A program made the translations under genes and the position numbers. Positions 1 through 12,535 of a stretch of DNA of 64,000 bases are shown here, one piece after another. The stretch is from the human T2T-CHM13v2.0 reference genome, Homo sapiens. The stretch is from NCBI RefSeq assembly GCF_009914755.1, contig NC_060928.1; one strand, 5' to 3'. The notes under the pieces were generated by a model, which made no database searches, was not told the origin of the DNA, and saw only the letters and a program-made list of their open reading frames with translations. Position 1 is the stretch's first letter. The number at the start of each line of letters is the position of its first letter.

Positions 1-149
1 ATTGTGGGATTATTCTGAATGTCATATTACTTTTGGACTTTATTTTATGGGTCATGAAAAAATACTGACATTTTTAAGTATGAGGACAAGATTTGTGGGT
101 GACAAGCAGTTTGTCTTTCAGCAGTTCAGTCAACGACTGACTGGGTAAG

Positions 150-450
150 GACGGGGTAAGGAGATGAGGATAATCTAAAAAGAGACAGACTGAGCTGGTT
201 GCTCTGTTAATAAGGAGAAGAGGAAATATAATTAAGAGGGTTTCAGAAAAGTGATCAGTACAACTTGTTGAAATACTGTACATAAGAGAAAAAAGAATCA
301 CAGATAACTGTGGGACATGATAGACTAGATATCTTGGGTAAATGGTGATGTCATTTAGTGAGATAAAAAACTAGCAGGAGGAACACATTGGCAAGAGTTA
401 TTAAGTAGTGTTCTGTTCAGGTGTAGTTATCTAGTAGAAAGTGACTTTTT
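150..450. mobile_element. Degraded L2-like LINE fragment
   Basis: Purine-rich stretch with L2-like phrases (ttgggtaaatggtgatgtcatttagtgagata...ggaggaac); heavily diverged. Confidence 0.4.
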
Positions 451-667
451 AAAAATGGAACTGTTCTGGGTGCTGAAAAATCTATGGTATAGCTCTATGA
501 CTGGATTTCTGAAGCATAGTAGAGACGTAGGTTTCAGAGTAAAGATATAAATAGTAAATTCATTAATTTTTATAAGGTAATATCAAGGTGTTAGCTGGAA
601 ATAGAGTAACATTTTTTTCCTGGACAATAATTTTTTAAAATTTCACCCTCAAATCACACCCTCTAAA

Positions 668-995
668 TTGGTGGTTCTCATAGCACGGTCATTAGAGCAG
701 CAGCAATTTGGAAGTTGTTAAAAATATAACATATTATACCCCAACCATTACCTAATACATTAGAAACTGGACATCGAGGTCCCAAATCTGTGTTTTCACA
801 AGCTCATCAAGTGATTCTGATTCATACTTGGTGGCACATTGTAATCACCTGGGAACTTTAAAAATACAGTGATGGCTGGACTCACCTCCAATAATTCTGA
901 TGTAATCAGGTGTATGGCCTAGGCATCAGGACTGGAAATTTCAGAAGTTTCCCAAGGTAATTGTAATGTGCAAATAGGGCTAGAACCACTGCATT
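668..995. mobile_element. MER5-type hAT-Charlie DNA transposon fragments (two adjacent)
   Basis: ggtggttctca..., aatctgtgttttcacaagctc...gtgattctgat, aatcacctggga, terminal agaaccactg. Confidence 0.7.
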
Positions 996-1084
996 AAAGA
1001 TTAACAACAAAAAAACAAAATCAAGAGGATTATTTCTCAAACGTTAAAGTGAAAAACCAAAGGGACATTTCTGTTTGTCAAATA

Positions 1085-3152
1085 AGTTTTATTTTGTGTT
1101 TAATTGGCTTGTAATAATTGTATGACTTATGGGGTACACTGTGATGTTTATATATATGTGTATGTGTATATATATATAAACATATATATACATTGTATCA
1201 GGGTAGTAAGCAATATCCGTCACCTCAGCCTCTTGTCATTTCTTTGTTGTGAGAACACTCAAAGTCATCTCTTTTAGCTATTTTAAAGTATACAATACAT
1301 TACTTTTTTATTGTTATCACTCTACTGTGCAATAGAACACCAGAACTTATTCCTTCTATCTAACTGTAATTTTGTTTTAACTAATTTATTTCTATACCCT
1401 CACTCTGCACTCTCCCCAGTCCCTGGTAACCACTATTCTACTCTCTACTCCTATGACATCAAGTGTTTTAGATTCCACATATGAATGAGATCGTGCACTA
1501 TTTATCCTTCTTTGTTTGCCTTATTTCACTTAACATAATGTCCTCTAGGTCCCCCATGTTTTTGTAAATGACAAGATTTTGTTATTTTTGTGGCTGAATA
1601 GTATCCCATCGTGTATCACATTTATTTAACACATTCATCTGTTGAGAAACACTTAGGTTGATTCCATATCTTGGGATTGTAAATAGCAGTGCAATAAACA
1701 TGAAAATGCAGATGTCTTTTTGACATACTAATTCCATTTCCGTTGGCTATATACCCAGTAGTAAAATTATTGGATCATATGGTAGCTTCATTTTAAATTT
1801 TTTGAGGAACCTTTATACTGTTGTCCATAATGGCTATACTCCTTTACACCTCCATCAACACTGTGTAGGAGTTCTCCTTTCTCCACACCCTCACCAGCAT
1901 TTGTTATTTTCTTGTCTTTTTTCATAGTAGCCATTAAAACTAGGTTGAAGTAATAGCTCATTGTGGTTTTGATTTGCATTTCTCTGATAATCAAAGATGT
2001 TGAGCATTTTTACATAACTGTTGGCCACTTGTATGACTTCTTTTGAGAAATGTCTATTTGTATCTCATGCTCATTTTTAAATCAGATTATTTGGCTTTTC
2101 ACTATTGAGTTGTTTGAGTTCCTTATATATTCTGGATATTAGCCCTTGTCGGATGCATATTTTGTAAATATTTTCTCCCATTCTGCATGTTGTCTCTTGA
2201 CGCTTTGATTATTTCCTTTGCTGTGTAGGAGCTTTTATTTTGATATAATCCCATTTGTCTATTTTTGCGTTTGTGTCCCTATGATTTTGAGGTCTTATTA
2301 AGCACTTTTATCCAAAGCAATGTCATGAAGTGTTTTCCCTGTTTTCTTTGAGTAGTTTTATAGTTTTGGGTCTTATATTTAAGTCTTTAATCAATTTTCA
2401 ATTGATTTTTGTGGTGAGAGATATATGTCTAGCTTTGTTCTTTTAGATATGGATGTGCAGTTTTCTCAGCATCATTTATTGAGAAGACCATCCTTTCCCC
2501 AATGTGTGTTTTTTGCACCTATGTTGAAAATCAGTTTGCTATAAATGCACAAATCAGTAGTGTTTCTACATGCCAACAGCAGGCTATCTGAAAAAGAAAT
2601 CAAGACAGCAATGCAACTAGCAATGGCTACAAAACAAGAAATGGCTAGGGATAAATTTAACCGAGAGGGTAAAAGAGCTCCTCAAAGAAAATTTTAAAAT
2701 GTTGATGAAATAAATTGAAAAGAACACAAATAAATTGAAAGATAAATTTCATGTTCATGGACTGGAATAATTAATATTGTTAAAATGTTCATATTACCGA
2801 AAGTAATCTACAGATTCAGTGCAATCCCCATTAAAATATCAATGATATTTTTCACAGAAATTGAAAAAGAAATCTAATGTGTATATGGAATCACAAAGAC
2901 CTGAAATAGCCAAAACAAACTTGAACAACAACAACAAAAAAGAACAAAACTGGAGGCAGCACACTACTGACTTTAAAATATTAAATAATTATTATTAATA
3001 TCGCTTTATTATATTATGTATTAATATTACCTGAAAACATTATTATTAAAATATTATTATCATTACTACAAAGCAAAAATAACCAAAATAGTATGGTATT
3101 GGTATAAAAACAGAGACAACAGAACAGAATAGAGGACCCAGAAATAAATCCA
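1085..3152 (-). mobile_element. L1MA-type 5'-truncated LINE-1 with inverted 5' segment (minus ~1085-2549, plus ~2550-3152)
   Basis: Minus-strand L1 3'UTR and ORF2 end (ORF 1788-1994 [11 protein letters not shown]); orientation flips at ~2549 to plus-strand ORF2 (caaatcagtag...ccagaaataaatccat). Confidence 0.9.
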
Positions 3153-3174
3153 TCCTATTTTTATTAAGATAAAA

Positions 3175-3278
3175 ATACATATTCTGATACAGAATGTCAG
3201 AGGTGTGGCTTAAGAGTCTGCATTTCTAGTCAGCAACTCTTGATCATAGACCACACTTTAAACAGCAAAGCTCTAGGG
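3175..3278 (+). mobile_element. MER5-type fragment, probably the distal half of an element that starts at ~1030 and is split by the L1
   Basis: attctgatacag...gagtctgcatttcta...gaccacactt; 1031 tttctcaaacgttaaagtg resembles the MER5 start. Confidence 0.55.
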
Positions 3279-3611
3279 CACCCTAGTCAGGCATGTATGT
3301 CATATCTTCCATAGATGTGAAGAAACAACGGATTGGCTGGGGGATGACTTTTCTGGGATTTTAATTAGCTGCTCAAGAGAAAATATCAGAGATGAGAGTG
3401 GGAGCCAAACAAACTTACAAACATACTCAACTTTTAGAAAAGTTTTTGGATTAAAATTATATCCTAAAAGAGTGCTTCAAAAAATTCATTCTTTAAAATA
3501 AAATACTGGACTAAACTTATCTGAAGTGTTGAGAGTTAAATTTTTGCAGGTAGGTCCCAAGGGAATCTTGATTATTTTATGCCTGATTACGTTTTACTGG
3601 AGAGGTCGTGG

Positions 3612-3819
3612 GTCTAAGGTTTGAATGTGTCCTACAAAGTTCATGTGTTGGAAACTTAATCCCCAATGCAACAATGTTGAGTGAGACGTGGGACCTTTAA
3701 GAGGTGATTAAGTAATGAGAACTCTGCCTTCATGAATAGATTAACGCAATTATTAAGGGAATGAGTTTGTTATGTTGGGAGTGGGTTCCTGATTTTTTAA
3801 AAAATGAGTTCAGCACCAT

Positions 3820-3852
<33 letters not shown>

Positions 3853-4358
3853 ACACATACACACACACACGCCTTCTTGCTCTTCTGCATTCTACCATGA
3901 GATGATGCCACGTCACGAGATGATGAAGGCCCTAGCCAGATGAAGGCCCCTTGACCTTGGACTTTCCAGCCTTTAGAACTATAAGCGATAAATTTCATTT
4001 TTTTTTTTTTTGAGATGGAGTCTCGCTCTGTCGCCCAGGCTGGAGTGCAGTGGCGCAATCTCGGCTCACTGCAACTTCCGCCTCCTGAGTTCAGGCAATT
4101 ATCTGCCTCAGCCTCCCGAGTAGCTGGGATTACAGGCATCCAACACCATGTCCGGCTAATTTTTTGTATTTTTAGTAAAGACAAGGTTTCACCATCTCAG
4201 CCAGGCTGGTCTTGAACTCCTGACCTCGTGATCCACCCGCCTCGGCCTCCCAAAGTGCTGGGATTACTGGCGTGAGCCACCACACATGGCCTCTATTCTT
4301 TATAAATTACCCAGCTTCAAGTGTTCTGTTATATAGCAACATAAAATGGATTAAGACA
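3612..4358 (+). mobile_element. MST-family MaLR solo LTR (MSTB/C/D-like), interrupted by an Alu
   Basis: ggtttgaatgtgtcc...aaagttcatgtgttggaaacttaatccccaatgcaaca; ends aaatggattaagaca. Confidence 0.85.
3998..4291 (-). mobile_element. AluS (Sg-like) full-length
   Basis: Poly-T then gagatggagtctcgctctgtcgcccaggc...gacctcgtgatcc...gagccaccac; dimeric structure. Confidence 0.95.
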
Positions 4359-5169
4359 CCAGTGTAACTTTGACAGCCTTATTAGGCATTATTCCAGAAG
4401 AAATAACCCACATGGGTTCTTATTAATCTACTCATTGGTCAATGGGAAAGTATTTTCTATTTGTATGTCTTCACTTATTAGTGAAAGGCAACCTACACAT
4501 TCAGAACTTTAACACTTTTTTGGGAGAAAGTATCCCCTAAAGAGATTATCTAGTTTTTTAAATCCTTTTTTTAAAATCATTTTCAAAGAAATGTCTCTTT
4601 GTGGTTTTAATGGAGGTTCAGTTTAAAATGTGGTAGTCAAAAGAAACCAATTTAGCTGCTTTCTTTGACCAGTGACAACAGTCTAATCATCGCTTGCTTA
4701 ATTGGCTCTGCAATTTCCTAATTAGCATAGGATTGGCCAGAGCCTGATGTGATAGCTTACCCTTTGGCTCTTAAATTCTAGCTTTTTCTTTATTAATCAA
4801 AAGGAAAATCATCATGCATGTTAAAATCATTAAAGAAGAACTCCTTTTATCAAACCTTTAGGCTTCTGAAGTTAGGAGACATCTCTTCTTGTAAATTACG
4901 TTCTAGACTTGTTAATTTTTAAGTGAGTGAACTAATCTTTGGTGGAAAATAGGTGAGGGATTAATTAATAGAAGGTGGTAAATGTTAAAGGAATATGGTT
5001 CAGAATGAAGTTAGGTACCATGCATTCCTGCTGAGTTAACCTAAAACATAAAGTCATCTTTTATTTTCCCAAGGAAAAGATCCAGAAAGAAGTTTTTTTC
5101 ACTAACTTTACCATATTAACATCTAATTTTGTATATATAATTGTAAATACTATTTAAAAGGTAAACTGA

Positions 5170-5583
5170 AACACAATACTATTTTAAAAAATTTATTGCA
5201 GCTAACAATGATTCATTAACCGGGCGGCTCCAAACCAGAAGTGATCTGAGAGCTCCACCAAGTGAAATGCAACAGGGAAGCTTTTACAATCCTATCATTG
5301 AGGTAAAAGAAAATAAGACATTTGACTGATTACAGTTGTACAGTTGCTTTATTTGGTTTCTTTTCTTAGAAAGTTGCTAATTATAATATGTTAATTGGCT
5401 GCTTCTGATTGATTGAGATTGAGTTCTGTTTTTCGTTAATACAGGCATTTACAAGAAACACCTCAGGTTGTTTCACTTATGTTTGCAAATCGAGCAAGGT
5501 TGAGGTAACTTATGAGCTCTAATTGGGTTTGTCAGCTCAGGGATTTTTTTCAGGCATGGTCTCCATCTTAATTAACTTCAACA
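5170..5583 (-). mobile_element. ERV1-class solo LTR (MER57/MER93-like group)
   Basis: Reverse complement begins tgttgaagttaattaaagatggagaccatgcctga...ccttgctcgatttgcaaacataag; subfamily uncertain. Confidence 0.55.
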
Positions 5584-6546
5584 ATATCAACTTTTAATAT
5601 TTACTTCATCAAATAAATTAACATATTTATAATCACAAATTATTATGTAATTACTTTACTACTATAAAAATATACTTTTTCACATTCCTTGAACTATTTT
5701 ATTTAAGCTTTTGATATGTATTTCCTAAAGTAGTCTTCATCATTAACAGAGCTGCCTGTTGAATCTAATGGCTTTGTCCAGAGCACATTATTTTCTTACT
5801 GGTCCACACTTTTTTGAGATAAAGCACTTTCTGGGTCTGTATACAATGTTTTCACTGGAAAATTTATCCTGAGTGTATACATTCACAAAACATTAGCCCA
5901 TTTGTTTTTATATTTTCCTATGAATATACATCCACTATCTCCTCAACACGACCATTTGCTGCATTGCTTTTTAAATAAATTTTAAACTTGTTTATAACCC
6001 AGCACTTGCAATTGTGAAGTCATGTTCATGATAGGAATAAATAAATCTGTATTATAGTTTTAGGGTTTTTTTTCTTTCTCATCAATTCAGTCGATCTCAG
6101 TCAATCACTCACTTGATACTAGTATTGACAGATTTTTAGGCTAATGTGTCTTCACTGAACAACAACAATTTGGTTTGGTTAGTCAAAATTAAATAAACTG
6201 AGAGAGGATCAGCAATAAGTAAGATTTTGTAAGGATTTGGATATAAAGTAACTATCCCCCTCTTATCTGAGAACAACAACAAACAAATAAACAAAAAACA
6301 ACTTTGCCTTATTCAAACATGCCGAGCAATCTTAGACTTCAGTTCACAGAAATTTTAGCATTGTTTTGAAGTAGTTTGTACTAATTTTAATCACTTCTGA
6401 ATTCTATATTCAATTTTTCTTATATCAAAAACTGATTATGATTAACAAGAACTATTATAACATGGAACCCAGGAAATTATCTGAAGATGTTCATATATTA
6501 TATAAAAAGTGATATATAGATATAGATTTATCTATCTCTCTAGAAA

Positions 6547-6554
6547 GATAGATG

Positions 6555-6593
<39 letters not shown>

Positions 6594-6610
6594 CGATAGA
6601 TAGATAGATA
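6547..6610. repeat. (GATA)n tetranucleotide microsatellite with GATG/GATC interruptions
   Basis: Directly visible array. Confidence 0.97.
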
Positions 6611-6863
6611 CATGGATACCTGGAGATATATATATATACCCACACACACACTCTGTTTTACTACAACAAGGTCCCTGTACAATAGACCCCTCTTCTTTTG
6701 CAATAAGGTATTTTTTGGTCAGGAGAAATAAATTTACAGTTATGGTATCTGAAAGCAAAATTAATTCAAAAAGGAGCATTTAATCTTAGGAATTTTCCAT
6801 TGCCACTGATTCCTAATCCAGAAACTTCTAAATTTGACCATACTTTAAACTATTGTGTTTCCC

Positions 6864-7275
6864 TGTATATTAACTGGCTTTTGCCATGACAACAAACAAA
6901 CCCAAAATTTCCGTGGTTCTGTCAATACACACTTTTTATTGTGTGTATTGGGTTAAATCCAGTGGGGGCTACACACCCCACTGGATTTAACCCAGCTCCA
7001 TGAGTTCTCTCACTCCTGGAATTTTTCTGAGGGAGTCATCATCTGAGACATGATATTCTCCTGGCAGAGAACAACTGTTCAGATGGGACAGAGTCAACCC
7101 AGACAAGTCAATTAAAGCTTCTGTTTGAACGGGTGTACGTTACTCCACTCACACTCCATTGGACAAATCAAATGACATGGCTAAGCCCAACACCAGCATC
7201 AGTGGGGCAGAGGGTTTATTTCCTGCTTATGAGAAAGCATGGCAAAGGTAAGGAGAAAACATGTAATTGTGAGTG
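6864..7275 (-). mobile_element. Old MLT1 (J/K-like) MaLR LTR
   Basis: acaaacaaacccaaaatttccgtgg...cacactccattggacaaatcaaatgacatggctaagccca. Confidence 0.65.
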
Positions 7276-9559
7276 AATAATTTAGCCTATTCTACTCTGT
7301 TAATTGATAACTTAATTGATCACTTTTCTGGTTGTCTTGTAATTTTTTGAATTTGTTTAAATATCATTAGAACTAAAATTAATGTCAGTACGTGTGAAGG
7401 ACACATATTTCTTCTGACTACCTACAATGACCCTGAACTTGGTTGAAGATCACATTTAAAAGTTGAAAGCAGATATTGAATATGTTTTCTGATGTACTTG
7501 CAATTTCTTATAATACCATTTATAATGCTTTCTTTTATTCTTTTTAACTTCTCAGAATAATTTTTATGAGTAAAGCTTAGTTTGGAGTTTTTTCTTCCTG
7601 TACTATTTCTGTCAGTGCAGCATCCAAGTCTCATTCTTCAGCTCTCCTAGAGATTCTAGGAGATATTTAATTTCCTTTATTATTTCTGCGAAACTAGCTA
7701 GACTAAACTCTTTTCTATATATATTCTATGGAATGGATATGTAGCTTCAAGGAAATTAATGTATAAGAAGGTACCTAGCATATGGTATGCACTAAAAAAG
7801 TGACATCTTTTTTCAAATTCTGTGATTTCACTCTGAAAATGTTGATATATTAGATTCCTTTAAGAAATACGTTATTTTTTTGGTATGATCCCCTCAATTT
7901 CTTAAGAATTCTTTACCCTATTTTTTCTCATTGTTTCTGCAAGATGGGGGGAGGTAGGGAGAAGGAAAGCAATTTTTCTACCACTCTCTGAAGATGTCTC
8001 TAAGCCAATTGTTATCTCAGATAATCTAAGCTAACTCCAACTTAAAACATGGTACTTCATTTTTCCTTTAAGTATACTTTTATATATAGCATACATGTTT
8101 TTATGTTTTGGTTCATAAACATGAATCCTTTAATATATTATAATATCCTTAAATATAACTACTTCATTTGAATATGAGGGGACTCTAACTCTGAAATCTG
8201 TCACCCTGTTATTGTCTGGATTGAGATGGTATTTGGTCTGCCTGGTTGACATTGTGTGTGTCTTCCCTGAAGCTGCATGTTGAAAAAGGTCATGAACCCA
8301 AACACTGAAGAGCTGTGCAGCCATGGTACAGAAATAACTGTCCTCCCTGCTAGAGCCTCCAGAGTATGTGGGTTTTGTGAGGGAGGGAAGGGAAATGGAG
8401 CACCTGACAGTACATGGACTACCATGTTAGAAATTTACGGAGTCTGCAATTCTCAGATATTCTCTTTAAAATAGATATAACATTTATTTTTACAATTAAA
8501 AACTCATTTTATCTAAAATATTCCATATTTTAAAAGATTTTTACATTAGAAAAGAAAGATCAATCATGATTCCATCTCCTAGAAAAAAACCACCATTAGC
8601 ATTTGGGGCTTATGTATCCTATTTATGTACATTAATTTTATTTCAAAATGATTTTATACTGTACACTTTTTTTCCATTTTTCTTTAGAGTCACTTGCTTA
8701 CTGAACTGCAAGCATCCCTCATGTAGTAGCTAGTTTAAACACCAGTTCATTAAACATATTGCAAACATACTTTCTCAGTTGGAGTTTTCTTTTTTAACTT
8801 GCTTAAGAATACTTAAGAAGCATCTTTTCTTTCTATTGTTCATATTTTTAACCAAATAATGAGATACTGAAAATAGATTTTAAGGAAAATTTATCTAGCA
8901 GTGGTAGGCAGGCTTGTTTAAACAGGGAATGCTCAGTTAGAAAAATATTCCAATAATCAAATAATAAAACAAGGGTTTGTAATCAGAAGCCAGAGAAGAA
9001 AACAAAGCACAATGAATTAATGTCAGCTGCCTTTGAAGGGAAAAATTATAGCAATTGGTTCAATGTAGGATTTAAAGGGATGTAAGAGTCATAGATGTGC
9101 TCAAAGTTTGAAACTGAGAAACATGTACAAGTTCTAGAAGTAGAAGTGTTTGCATGCTGAACATTTGCTTTTCTCAAAGTTTGTTTTACCTGATTTGAAA
9201 TAAATTAAGTTTAATGTGACAATAACCTATATATCTGAACACTGAAGAGTTCTGAGAAATGCTTTTTTCCTACCACCTCTTTGATAAGCATTTTGAAATA
9301 ATGAAACCTATGTTTTGTTCTATTTCATTATTTAGCCATTATTTGTGATGTCAGCTAGAGGCCACTAAGTAAAGAGCATTTTCTCAGTCTTTCCTATAAT
9401 TTCCTTCTAAGGTTGTGTTATTCATTGCATCCTATGTTGGTCCAGGATCATAGGTGAGTGGTTGCAGTTATCTGCTGTGACATGAGATTACGGTATCCAA
9501 TCTGCTTCTGTCCTTGCCCCAGTGTTTTAGAGTCACCACTCACTGCCATATCTAAGCTC

Positions 9560-10625
9560 AAACCTAGTACAGAGCTGAAATCATAAGCAATAGTAAATGG
9601 CTTGGCTGATCAGAGTCCTGAAAGAGAAATGTTGAAAGATCAGGTTCAAGAAGGTGTGAGGTGGAGGCATTAGGTCACTCACTGTGGAGATATGTGGCTT
9701 CATATTGCATGTTAAAGTATACTAGAGACCTTCTGCCATGGAAGAGGCACTGACCATCAGGGTAAACAAAACTGACTGGCCAGTTAACATGAGCCAGCTT
9801 CTGCCATCAGCCACCTTCGTGTTGGCACAAGGAACTCATGAAAGAAGCATCAGTGATGGCAGAGATGAAGACTATGCAAGAGGCAACAGCTAGGACCTAT
9901 AAAACATAAGGTCCATCACCACAAAATTCCACGTAGTATTATGTCAGACCGAAGAACCTACTTTATAGCAAGGGAAGTGTATAGCTGGTCCATGACACAT
10001 GATCCACTGGTCACATTACGTACTGTGCCATTCAGAAGCTGCTGGCCAGGCAACACAATGGAATGGTCTGCTGAAGGCAAAGCTGAAGTGGCAGTTCAGA
10101 GGAGATGTGCATACCATTCCTCCAGGACAGAGTGTCCACTTGTTTCCAAGGCCTTTATTTGTGATTCTGTGTCTTCAGTAAGTATTATGCATGAGTCTTG
10201 GAGCCAAAGTGTAGAAGCAGGATTAACCCCCTTTATTATCACTATTAATGACTCACTTAGTGATTCTGTGCTTCTTTTCCTTGCAACTCTAAGTTGTCTT
10301 ATTCCAAGAGAACATTTTCACCAGGACACACAAGAAAAGCCCTGCTGAACTATAAGTTAGTGGTTGCCTCTTGGATGCTTTATGCTCTTCTTGCAAGTGA
10401 ATAGAAGACAAGAAGTGGAGTTAGCATATTGGTAGGAATCGACTCTTTTCACCAGGAGAAAGGTGACACAAAAGGACGAGGAGGAATATGTTTCCTACTC
10501 TGCTAATCACTTGGACATCTCCTAGTATCCTTGTGCCAAGTTTTGGATGGTCAATGGACAAATTTAGTAACCTTTAACTGAGAAGGGCTTGAAGACATGA
10601 AGCTCAGAAACCTCAAAGACAGTGG
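9560..10625 (+). mobile_element. ERVL internal relic (ERV3-16A3/ERVL-like pol: RNaseH-integrase region)
   Basis: ORF 9999-10181 IHWSHYVLCHSEAAGQATQWNGLLKAKLK resembles the ERVL integrase motif IHWSYH..HPEAAGLIERWNGLLK; many stops and frameshifts. Confidence 0.8.
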
Positions 10626-10905
10626 TCCAAGTCACACAGCAGGAATGAAAGATTTAGTCCCTCAGCTGCTGGGAGGGATGCCAGAACAAGGCCTTCTTTT
10701 ATTCAGCAGCAGCCTGAATCCAGTGACTCATTGCAGGGGGGTATGAAGGCTCATGTTCCTCACCCCAGTTCAGGAAAATGTGAAAGGACTGTATCAAATA
10801 GAGATCTTCCCATGAAGTTACCTGGAGCTAAGAGTACATTCTAATAAACATCTTCTCTGAACCTCTATTTCAGAGTCTGATTCTTGTGGAATCTAACCTT
10901 CAACA
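10626..10905 (+). mobile_element. LTR16-like ERVL LTR
   Basis: ccagtgactcattgcagggggtatgaaggc...aataaacatc...tttcagagtctg...aatctaacc; directly follows the ERVL internal sequence. Confidence 0.65.
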
Positions 10906-10984
10906 ACATGAATGGGTGCTAGCTCAGACATTGCTGAGAATGTTATGCACTGCTATATATGATATAAATACTGTATTCCTCTTT

Positions 10985-11055
10985 TAAAATCTGAACATTT
11001 CTTAATTCTAACGCATATTGGCCCCCAAATTTCAAGATAAAGGATTGGAGACCTG
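10985..11055. mobile_element. Tigger-type DNA transposon terminal fragment
   Basis: aaaatctgaa...ttcaagataaaggattggagacctg resembles a Tigger-family terminal inverted repeat. Confidence 0.35.
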
Positions 11056-11884
11056 AGTTTACCAAATGTAATCATTCTAATCGTTTGTAAGGATTAGAGA
11101 ATGAATTTATGTTTGTCTGTGACCAACATTTCCACCTTTTGTCTGTCCTTTCTTCCTTGCAAAAATCAGTCTTTCTCTACCACTGCTTGACTCAGGAATT
11201 CTGTGATAGGCCTTGTTCTACAGGAAGGCTCACTTTTCCTTCTCATAATATCCACACATAAATATCTAGAAGACCTGATAACTATTCTTCAAATTTTAAT
11301 AGATTATATTTTTCCAATATGTAAGTATTTCCCAAGGAATATCCTCCTAAATCATCTATATGAAAAATAAAAATAAGCAAACTCTTCCATTAACAGCCCA
11401 AGATTATGTAAAGAATTCTTCTTGACATGTTACAGAAATTGCTTGGTAAGGGTGGAGAGTAATCAATAAAACGCTTCTAAATAATGATTAAAATTATGCA
11501 TTTTATCTACATTTCTCAAAAAAAAAAATTGCGTCCATAAAAACAGAACAGGTTTTAAGGGTTATCTGGCACTGTAGCTCCACCAAGTGGTAAACTGACA
11601 TGAACCGTTAAGATTATATTCTTAAAATGCATTCAGTCCCAAAGTCAGTTTAATTTCCATACTAGAATTTCTATCAAAGCTGCATTTATAATTAAATGTC
11701 TTTTTGTTTCCTAGTACAACTGAAACTATTTTTAATTTGGAAATTCCAATGATTTTCTTTATGGGAAGAGATAGACTAGATTTTTTTTTTTTTTGGCATC
11801 TAGAAACTGACGAAATCACATTTTCCCACTATTTACATTTTGATTCTTCGAATATTTTTAAATTACTATTTGCTAATGGAAAAG

Positions 11885-12217
11885 GCTATTGCTAGGCCTC
11901 AGGTCTTCGCTGACTTTTGGCCAGAGACATCATCAGTTCCTTACCACGTTGGCCTCTCCATACGACTGTCCACATCATGGCATTTTGCTTGTCTCAGAGC
12001 AAGGATACAAGAGAGAAAGAAAAATAAGGGAGGAAGAGCAACATGGAAGTCAGTCTTTTTATAGCTCCTCACAGAGGTGACATCTCATCACTTTCGTCGT
12101 TTGTTCTGTTAATTAGAAATGAGTCACTAGGTCTAGGCCGCACTCAAAGGGAGAAGAACGTACTGCAGCGTGAGCACAAGGAGGAACTCAGGGCCATCTG
12201 AGAAGCTGCCTACTACA
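11885..12217 (-). mobile_element. MLT1F/G-like MaLR LTR
   Basis: ggcctcagg...cagttccttaccacgttggcctctcca...agtcactaggtc...gggccatctgagaagctgcctactaca. Confidence 0.75.
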
Positions 12218-12324
12218 TGTTGCTTTCCTGAGATAAATATAACCTCTGAAATTATCATCGCTTTATAAAACCTCAAACAAATTAGTATTCATTCTCAAAA
12301 ACTAATAATTTCATTATTAATAGT

Positions 12325-12535
12325 AGCGTTTACTATGCTCCAGATACTATTCTAAACATAACCAACATATTTACTCAGTCATTATTAACTCTCTAGTACT
12401 TGAAACACTCCTATAAGCTAATTACTAATAATATTCCCATCTTACAGATGAGGGAACTGAGACACAGAAAAGCTAAGTAATTTGTTATGATTTGAAACTA
12501 GGTCATCTGGCTCCAAGGTGAGTAAAGGTTTAACA
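12325..12535 (-). mobile_element. MIR SINE
   Basis: Core cccatcttacagatgagggaactgagacacagaaaagctaagtaa. Confidence 0.85.

Noticed and set aside
3837-4215. Alu-derived ORFs (also 33414, 36503, 39795-40341, 43215, 49552-50030, 60113)
   Set aside because: Typical Alu translation artefacts (e.g. [21 protein letters not shown])
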